A program made the position numbers and the translations under genes. Below the pieces are notes generated by a model. The model saw only the letters and a program-made list of their open reading frames with translations. It was not told the origin of the DNA and did not search any database. DNA of 36,916 nt from a bacterium (GTDB lineage Bacteria > JAHJDO01): positions 1-36,916 of the forward strand of contig DAOVKY010000001.1 of NCBI GenBank assembly GCA_030631525.1. The letters are read 5' to 3'. Shown here piece after piece: positions 1 through 7,300 of this stretch. Positions within the stretch are counted from its first letter, which is position 1. Every line of letters begins with the position of its first letter.

Positions 1-120
1 AAGGCAAAGAGCCTGAAAAGAAAGCTGACGAAGGCAAAGAGCCTGAAAAGAAAGCTGACGAAGGCAAAGAGCCTGAAAAGAAAGCTGACGAAGGCAAAGA
101 GCCTGAAAAGAAAGCTGAGT
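1..120. repeat. Perfect 30-bp tandem repeat, about 3.9 copies, running into the window edge
   Basis: aaggcaaagagcctgaaaagaaagctgacg occurs at 1, 31 and 61. The fourth copy at 91 diverges only in its last 2 nt. The repeat is in-frame and coding. Confidence 0.95.
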
Positions 121-134
121 CAGACGAAGAATAG
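1..134 (+). CDS. 3' end of an upstream CDS, 5'-truncated by the window edge; putative scaffolding/head-assembly protein tail
   Basis: Frame 3 reads (GKEPEKKADE)x3, then GKEPEKKAESDEE, then TAG at 132-134. It lies directly upstream of the capsid gene. The function is inferred from position and the charged tail only. Confidence 0.5.
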   Translation, partial: GKEPEKKADEGKEPEKKADEGKEPEKKADEGKEPEKKAESDEE

Positions 135-288
135 TTCTTTTATATTTGCTGGGCAATCCCGAAAGGGATCCAACTGCTTGCCTTAAAGCGAGGTCGCTTA
201 ACAAGCGTTAAATGCAGTGGGATCTGGCGCATCAGGTAATCCTACGATTAGACAAGAATATTAACTTAACTAATTGGAGGGTTGCAAA

Positions 289-1149
289 ATGGGAACAATC
301 AATGAGTTTTATAACAAGCAGTATGAAGATAACATCCAAATGGGTGCGCAGCAGATTCTTTCAAAGTTCCGAGATAGATGCGAAGTAAAGACAGGCGTTG
401 TCGGGAAAAGTAAAGCATTCGGGTATGTCGACAAGGAAGATGCCAGAGAAAAGAATTCCCGGCATTCAAAAGTGGTGCATGATGATCCAAACAACGTTCG
501 ATGCACAGCCTACCTGAAATACAAGTATAAATCCATTATACAAGATCCAGACGACAGCTTGAAGGTAGTGGCTGATATCAAGTCAGTCTATGCCAAAACT
601 CCATTAGCTGCACTCAATAGAGCAATGGATACAGCGTTGTTACTTGCAGCACGCGGCACGAAATACACCGGAGAGAATGGCACAACTGAGGAAGCTCTCC
701 CAACTGCTTCTAAAATCGCAGTAAACACAACCGGTCAGACGCTTGCAAAGATCATAGCTACATTGGAGAAATTCAATGACGCTAATGTGCCGGAGGAAGA
801 ACCCAAATTCTTCGCTATAGGGCCCAAACAGTTAACTGATCTGCTCAACATCGAGAAATTGACAAGCGCAGATTATGCTACCTTAAAGGCACTCGTTCCG
901 GGTAAAATCGTTTCAGCATTGGGCTTCAACTTCATCTTATCTACTCTGTTGGCTAAGTCTGGAACTACCAGATACAACATTGCGTGGGCGCAGTCAGGTT
1001 TGGGATTAGCCATTGGGCAAGATATCGTTGGCAGAATAAGCGAACTGCCAGAGTATCACTATGCATGGGGTGCTTACGCTTCCATGTTCATCGGGGCTAC
1101 TAGGGTGCAGGACGTCAAGGTCGTTGAAATTGGCACAAAGGAAGGATAA
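289..1149 (+). CDS. Major capsid protein (HK97-fold, T7/BPP-1-like podovirus type)
   Basis: GGAGG at 276-280 precedes ATG 289; the track start at 274 is a TTG. The size, the position after the scaffold tail, and the pattern GKSKAFGY...D..D...ALNRAMDTALLLAA resemble T7 gp10-type coat proteins. Confidence 0.7.
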   Translation: MGTINEFYNKQYEDNIQMGAQQILSKFRDRCEVKTGVVGKSKAFGYVDKEDAREKNSRHSKVVHDDPNNVRCTAYLKYKYKSIIQDPDDSLKVVADIKSVYAKTPLAALNRAMDTALLLAARGTKYTGENGTTEEALPTASKIAVNTTGQTLAKIIATLEKFNDANVPEEEPKFFAIGPKQLTDLLNIEKLTSADYATLKALVPGKIVSALGFNFILSTLLAKSGTTRYNIAWAQSGLGLAIGQDIVGRISELPEYHYAWGAYASMFIGATRVQDVKVVEIGTKEG

Positions 1150-1211
1150 ACAATGGGTAGGCATGGTTCTATCTGTGTTTTAACGTTAACTAACAAAAAG
1201 GAGATTTAATC

Positions 1212-1979
1212 ATGGAGCAAATTCCAAACGAGGTAACAGGAAAGTTACACACTAGCGAGTTTTATGCTATGCACACTGAGCAGAAGCATGAAATCGGTAT
1301 GCGCTACAGAATGGATGACAGGGTTTTCCATTACGCAAAAGCTGGGGCTACCCTTAATTGCGATTTGGGGTGTTCGCCTTATAATCAGCAAATCGTTGCC
1401 TATACAACTATTGCGGAAGATGCAATAATTGGTGACACAAAGATTGTTATCGATGTAAAGATAACTGACGGAAATGCAGGCAACGGAGAAGTCGCAAAGG
1501 ACGCATTGTTCGGTGGCTACATTGTTATATTCCCGCATGACCAGAATGCTATCAGTAGACGGATTATTGGTAACACAGCTACAACTGGGGCTGGCGAAAT
1601 GACAATAGAGCTGGATGCTGGAATTCCTGTGGCATTGTCAGCGAACAATGACAATGCTGAATGTATGGCAAGTCCATATGCTGACGTTCGGACTGATGGC
1701 TCAACCAAAAAGTCAGTAATCGGCATTCCGATGGTAGCTGCAACTGCAGACAAGTATCTGTGGTTACAAACTTGGGGGCCATGCTGGGTCGCTCCGCAGG
1801 GCGCAGTTAGCACAGGCGAGAATGATCGTCAGGTTGTATTCAGACATGACGGATCATTGGATCAGCACGATTCTACTGATGATGCTGTTAAATTCGGTCA
1901 GCATGCTGGCTTCGTGCTTTGTAATGCCAGAGGTGATGGGCAGGGCGCTGCATTCATAATGCTGCAAATTTGTCCATAA
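1212..1979 (+). CDS. Putative capsid decoration/cement protein (virion structural protein)
   Basis: AAGGAG RBS. The gene immediately follows the capsid gene and is followed by a terminator. This is the position of the cement protein in BPP-1-like phages. No motif-level proof. Confidence 0.4.
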   Translation: MEQIPNEVTGKLHTSEFYAMHTEQKHEIGMRYRMDDRVFHYAKAGATLNCDLGCSPYNQQIVAYTTIAEDAIIGDTKIVIDVKITDGNAGNGEVAKDALFGGYIVIFPHDQNAISRRIIGNTATTGAGEMTIELDAGIPVALSANNDNAECMASPYADVRTDGSTKKSVIGIPMVAATADKYLWLQTWGPCWVAPQGAVSTGENDRQVVFRHDGSLDQHDSTDDAVKFGQHAGFVLCNARGDGQGAAFIMLQICP

Positions 1980-2000
1980 GTCGTTAAGGTTGCGGAGTTG

Positions 2001-2037
2001 AGGGGAGAATATGGGCAAAACCGTTTTCTCCCCTTTT
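2001..2037 (+). terminator. Rho-independent terminator after the capsid/decoration genes
   Basis: A 9-bp GC-rich stem pairs aggggagaa (2001-2009) with ttctcccct (2026-2034). The loop is 16 nt and is followed by a short T run. Confidence 0.55.
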
Positions 2038-2055
2038 CATTAAAAGGAGAAAACA

Positions 2056-3108
2056 ATGGCATTCACAGACAAAGATATTTGCAATCTTGCCTTATCAAAA
2101 CTGGGCCAGTATCCCTTAATCACGTCGTTAGACAATGTTGATAAAAATTCCGTATTATGCAAACAAATGTATGGGCCCGCCAGAGACGCTGTATTAAGGA
2201 CTCATCCGTTTAATTGCGCGGTTAAGAAGGCTGATCTTGGCTCTGCTAATGTGCCGCCGGTGGAATGTTATTTTGACGATGCTGTTTATAATCAGGGGAC
2301 TTATGCTCTCCGTGTGATTGTGAAGGCTGCCGCTAGTGTTGCCAATTTCCTGCGCCATTCCTATTCTTCTGATCTGGATATCTCCGGGTTGGATTCCATC
2401 AAGATTGATTTACGCTCCACGTTTGTCGGGACTACTGCAGTTCATTTTAAATTCCATAGCAAACTGTCTGGTGATTGGACGTCTCAGACAGAGACCATTT
2501 CCGTAGAGAATACGTGGGAAACAAAAACTTTTGATATTTCTTCCATTGCTCAGAACTTGCGAGAGGACGTTGACAGGCTAGAGATTACTTTTGAGGATAA
2601 GGCATCGGATTATATGGTCTACATAGACAATATGTTTGCTACGTCTGGAGTGGCTGGGGATGAGGTAGAACTGGATTATATGGAGTATTCAAGCAACGCA
2701 TCGGCTCAATCTGCCTATGTAAGCGAATTTAGCTTGTTATTGTTTGGCTGGAGCTATATGTTTGATTTGCCAAGTTCTCCATATTGCCTGCGTGTGCTTC
2801 AAGTCAATGAAGCTAAGAGCAAATACAGGCTTGAAAAAAGAAAGATATTAACGAATACAGCTACAGTTCAGCTTGAGTTTGTAGAGCAAGTGGCTGATCC
2901 AACGGACTTTGACGCTATGCTTTATGATCTGATAGCGATTAGACTTGCAGGAGCCTTGGCAATCTCGATCACTGCTTCCACGACAAAGGCTGGGGCATTG
3001 CTCAAATTATACGATTACTTTTTGGGAGATACGAGAAGGGTTGACGCAAACGAACAGACGCCCAAAGAATTAGACGACGATGGTTCATGGATAAATTCAA
3101 GAAAATAA
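2056..3108 (+). CDS. Tail tubular protein A / head-tail adaptor (T7 gp11-like) with an inserted CBM-like beta-sandwich module
   Basis: The N-terminus ICNLALSKLGQYPLITSL resembles T7 gp11 VNDILASIGEPPVSTL. The C-terminal part (WSYMFDLP...LIAIRLAGALA) continues the fold. Residues about 72-196 (nt 2269-2643) are homologous to the modules in the nozzle gene. Confidence 0.6.
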   Translation: MAFTDKDICNLALSKLGQYPLITSLDNVDKNSVLCKQMYGPARDAVLRTHPFNCAVKKADLGSANVPPVECYFDDAVYNQGTYALRVIVKAAASVANFLRHSYSSDLDISGLDSIKIDLRSTFVGTTAVHFKFHSKLSGDWTSQTETISVENTWETKTFDISSIAQNLREDVDRLEITFEDKASDYMVYIDNMFATSGVAGDEVELDYMEYSSNASAQSAYVSEFSLLLFGWSYMFDLPSSPYCLRVLQVNEAKSKYRLEKRKILTNTATVQLEFVEQVADPTDFDAMLYDLIAIRLAGALAISITASTTKAGALLKLYDYFLGDTRRVDANEQTPKELDDDGSWINSRK

Positions 3109-3130
3109 ACAAATAAGGGGGTGAGGAAGA

Positions 3131-3478
3131 ATGAAAAGAACAATGTGGTTAGTAGTTGGAGTGTTATTGCTGGTTTCCATTCTGGTCTATGCATCTGAGA
3201 TGATGGAAGTTAAACAGTATAAGTTTGCTGTAACTCCGGACGCAGAGGTCACTCAGGAATTGAGGAATGTTCGGGCAATAGAAATCTACAACGCAGGCAA
3301 GAATATCCGTGTGGCTTTTAACGATGTTACGACTGCTGACGGACAGGCATACTGGATTATTCCTGATAGCGCAGTTGGCTTTGAAAGAAACGATTTATTG
3401 CTGCAATATCTCACACTGAGATTAAAAGGGGATGGTGTAGGCGATAGTGCTACCGTCAGAGTAATTGTGTATAAATAG
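3131..3478 (+). CDS. Small protein with N-terminal signal peptide or TM helix
   Basis: GGGGGTGAGG RBS. The N-terminus MKRTMWLVVGVLLLVSILVYASE is hydrophobic. Confidence 0.6.
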   Translation: MKRTMWLVVGVLLLVSILVYASEMMEVKQYKFAVTPDAEVTQELRNVRAIEIYNAGKNIRVAFNDVTTADGQAYWIIPDSAVGFERNDLLLQYLTLRLKGDGVGDSATVRVIVYK

Positions 3479-3618
3479 GTAAACTATGATAAAAAAAAAG
3501 ATAAAGTCAAAAAAGGTTAAAAAAGAAAATCCGAAAGCGGTTTTTAATTCCTTTAGAAAAGCTGATAGAGCTGTAGTAAAAAAACACAGATTAATGGGAA
3601 GGTAGAATAATGCCTAAA

Positions 3619-4299
3619 CTATTTGGGAGTGCAGTTGATAAGATGTTTCCTGTGTTCAATGGAATGGCAATTTGGGCACAGGACTTCCAAGTTATCAAGT
3701 CTATTGTTTCGTCTATTTCTATCTTTGTGATGAATGCCAAGAATTTCTGGATGCTTATCATATCCGCATCTTTGACATTTTGTTATCCATCCTCTCCTTA
3801 CAAATGCTCTGCGAATACCATTAAGTTTCTTGACTCTGAATATCTCTCGCTGGGCAATATTATGGCAAGTATGACTACAAAACTTTGCTTTATTATTTCC
3901 TCTATATACATCAAATTTCTTTCCGCATTGTTGGCATATAATCGTTATAGAGCCAGAATAATATCCTGCTTTTTTTCTGCATGGTTTAGAGCAATACTTT
4001 GCTATCACATTTTTATTGCATTTATACGTAAATTTCTTTCCGCATTGAGTGCAAGTTCCTGTTCTCTCTTTGTTGTATTGTCTGAGATTAGCAAGTCCAT
4101 TACATCTATGGGAGCAAAATTTTGCATCTTTGCTTCTGCTTTTAGGAACATAAAAAGGTTTTTTACAATGCAAGCATATGATTTTTTCAGTATCATAAAT
4201 ATAGCGATTAGAACTATTGCGACATTTTATAGAGCAATATCTCGTTGCACGATAGCCATTGATAATTTTAGAACCGCAAGTTGGACATATTTTATTCAT
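3619..4299 (-). CDS. HNH homing endonuclease with four N-terminal CxxC...(F/Y)CSxxC zinc-ribbon repeats
   Basis: The C-terminus GIHHKDRNRRNNRLDNLEVLCPNCH is an HNH motif. The gene sits antisense between the adaptor and nozzle genes. ATG 4299 is preferred over TTG 4320. Confidence 0.85.
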   Translation of the reverse strand: MNKICPTCGSKIINGYRATRYCSIKCRNSSNRYIYDTEKIICLHCKKPFYVPKSRSKDAKFCSHRCNGLANLRQYNKERTGTCTQCGKKFTYKCNKNVIAKYCSKPCRKKAGYYSGSITIICQQCGKKFDVYRGNNKAKFCSHTCHNIAQREIFRVKKLNGIRRAFVRRGWITKCQRCGYDKHPEILGIHHKDRNRRNNRLDNLEVLCPNCHSIEHRKHLINCTPK

Positions 4300-4305
4300 G
4301 CAATA

Positions 4306-4334
4306 AGTATAACATTGCAATATCTATCTGTCAA
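4306..4334 (-). promoter_or_regulatory. Sigma70-like promoter for the antisense HNH gene
   Basis: On the minus strand: TTGACA (4334-4329), a 17-nt spacer, then TATACT (4311-4306). The ATG at 4299 begins 7 nt after the -10, so the mRNA may be leaderless. Confidence 0.5.
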
Positions 4335-4354
4335 GAGAAAAGGAGAAGTGTATC

Positions 4355-7300
4355 GTGCCACGTCAAGACCCCATTTTATCTAATTTTACGGCGGGAGAAA
4401 TTTCAAGTAGCCTCTATGGTAGAGTTGACTTGGCTAAGTATTACAATGGATGCAGACTTCTTGAGAATTATCTGATAAAGCCGCAGGGCGGTGCAGTTCG
4501 AAGGCCCGGAACTTATTACGTCGAAGATGTCAAATATCATAATCGGAAGGTGCGCTTAATTCCTTTTGAATTCTCTGATACTCAGGCATATATTCTTGAA
4601 TTCGGACATGAGTATATTCGTTTCTATATGGATGAAGGCCAGCTTCAATCTGGTTCTGCTGCGTATGAGATTGCTTCTCCCTATCAAGAAAGCGATCTAT
4701 TTGAACTTGATTATGCGCAGTCTGCCGATGTTATGTATATTGTTCATCCGGACTACGCTCCTAGAAAGCTGACACGGACTGGTCATACTGCTTGGACTTT
4801 ATCTACTCCAAGTTTCACTGCTAATCCATTCACAGGTGCGAATAAGTATCCTTCCTGTGTGGAATTCTTTGAGCAAAGGTTATTCTTCGCTAATAGCAAC
4901 GATGATCCTCAAAAAATATGGGGTTCAAAGTCTGCTGAATACGAAAATATGACTACAGGTGCCGGAGATGATGACGCTGTTGAATATACGATTGCTGCTT
5001 CAAAGGTTAATGCTATAAGGTGGCTACAGGCCAAAGATGTCTTATTGTTCGGCACAATAGGGGCAGAATGGAGATTGGGAGCTACCAGCGCAAGTGAGCC
5101 TATCACTCCGACAAATGTTTTATGCAGAAGGCAATCGACCTATGGCTCTGCGCTTGTTAAGCCGGTTACAGTCGGGCAAGCTATTCTATTCCTGCAGAGA
5201 GCAAGAAGGAAAGTTCGGGAGCTTGTTTATAGTTTTGAACAGGATACCTATCTGGCCCCTGATATGAATTTGCTTGCTGATCATATGACAAAAAGCGGCA
5301 TTGTAGATATGGCATATCAGCAAGAGCCTGATTCAATTCTCTGGTCTGTATTGAGTAATGGATATCTGGTTGGAATGACATATCAGCGGGATCAAGAGGT
5401 TGTTGGCTGGCATAGGCATATCACAAACGGAAAAGTTGAGAGTGTTGCCTGTATTCCCTCAAAGGAAGTGATCAGTGCTATTAAAGAAAGCGAAATTGAC
5501 TGGATGGAATATCCTACAGACGCATTGGCTCAAAATGCATATCCTGCTTATCCAAGAAAAGAAATAGACTATATGGAATATGCTACGAATGTGCTGGCGC
5601 AGGCGGCGTATGTGAGCGATGGTTCGGCAGTAGCTGATTGGACGACTTATGGAAGTCGGGGTATCGGAATAGGACAATTTTACGAAATTAAAGGAATACA
5701 TTATGACCCCGCAAGCGGATTTATTTATGTTGCGGATTGTCATAATGACCGCATAGTAAAAACAAAGATAGACGGCACAGGGTGGACTACGCTTGGCGGA
5801 TTTAATAAACCTATTGGAATATATTACGATTCCGCAAGTGGATTTATTTATGTTGGCAATGCAAATAGCAATAATATAGTAAAAACAAAGATAGACGGAA
5901 CAGGGTGGACTACGCTTGGCGGATTTTCAGAACCTAGAGGAATATATTACGATTCCGCAAGTGAATTTATTTATGTTATACAAGCTCATTTAATTATTAA
6001 GACAAAGATAGACGGAACAGGGTGGACTACTTACGGCTCGCAAGGCAGTGGAGTAGGACAATTTAGTTATCCTTCTGGAATACATTATGACCCTGCAAGT
6101 GGATTTATTTATGTTGCGGACTATAACAATGGTCGCATAGTAAAGACAAAGATAGACGGAACAGGGTGGACTACGCTTGGCGGATTTAATAAACCTAGAG
6201 GAATACATTATGACCCCGCAAGTGGATTTATTTATGTTGCGGACTATAGCAATGACCACATAGTAAAGACAAAGATAGACGGAACAGGGTGGACTACTTA
6301 CGGCTCGCAAGGCAGTGGAGTAGGACAATTTCATTCTCCTTTTGATATAGCCTATGACCCTGCAAGTGGATTTATTTATGTTGCGGACTATTATTATAAT
6401 GACCGCATAGTAAAAACAGACGCAGGCTGGGGAGGTTTACTTACTTTACAATCCTACTCCGAATCTATAATCAAATGGCAGGGTTCTTATTCTTTAAAAG
6501 GCGTAGCATTAATAACTGAAAGTCTCAACGACACACTCACTCGGACAGTAAGCCCAACAATAAATATGTCTGGGCAAAACAATATATTTTTAGATGTAAG
6601 AGCAAGCAGAACAGGTTCTAATTTCAAGATTGAGTTCCACGATAGTGGCGGGAATACGATAACGCATACAATAAATATAGTTGCTGCGAATACTTGGCAA
6701 ACTGAGGATATAGATATCTCTGCAGTCGCTGACGCTGATAAGGACGCTATTGATCAGATTAAAATAACGATATTAAATGCAGATGCTGAGAATATTTTCT
6801 ATCTTGACAATATTTTCACTGGTATTGATCTTAAAGCTTATTCAGCGTATCCCGCTCATGAGTATGATAGAGGAAATGGTTCTGACGGCGAAATAACGCT
6901 AGGATCAACAAAAAATATCAATACCGATGTTATTTCCTGTAGCCTTCAATGTTATTCCGAAGGCACGATAAAAACGCAAGGCACATATGCTTTAAAGATA
7001 TTGTCAGATCTGACAGGAAGTCTAAATCAAACGCTTACGAGAACGGTTAATCCTGTTATAGACTTAACGGATAAGACAGCAATTAAATTGGATATCCGGG
7101 CTTCAAGGACTGGCGAAAACTTCAAGATAGAGTTTCACGATTCAGGCGGGAATACTATCTCTCATACCATAGACATTGTCGCAGCTGATACCTTCCAAAC
7201 AGACACGATAGATATCTCAAGTGTAGCGAACGCAGACAAGGATGCTATTGATCAGATTAAGATAACAGTTCTAAATGCTGACGCATCGAATATCATCTAT

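Noticed and set aside
1-120. Tandem repeats (here and at 5639-6430) as a possible CRISPR array
   Set aside because: There are no unique spacers between the repeats. The units are contiguous, in-frame and coding, and no cas genes are present.
3486-3605. 39-aa very basic ORF (MIKKKIKSKKVKK...) following a 9-A run
   Set aside because: It has only a weak AGGT upstream and A-rich low-complexity sequence, and it lies in the gap before the antisense HNH 3' end. It may be real, but I could not support it.
3610-4383. 257-aa plus-strand ORF covering the adaptor-nozzle gap
   Set aside because: It is the antisense shadow of the HNH gene (3619-4299). Its sequence is low-complexity and hydrophobic (F/I/S-rich), it has no RBS, and its end overlaps the nozzle start.
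5459-6334. Minus-strand ORFs (94 and 114 aa) with internal repeats
   Set aside because: They are antisense artefacts of the NHL coding repeats inside the nozzle gene. They have no RBS, and their repetitive peptides simply mirror the plus-strand repeats.
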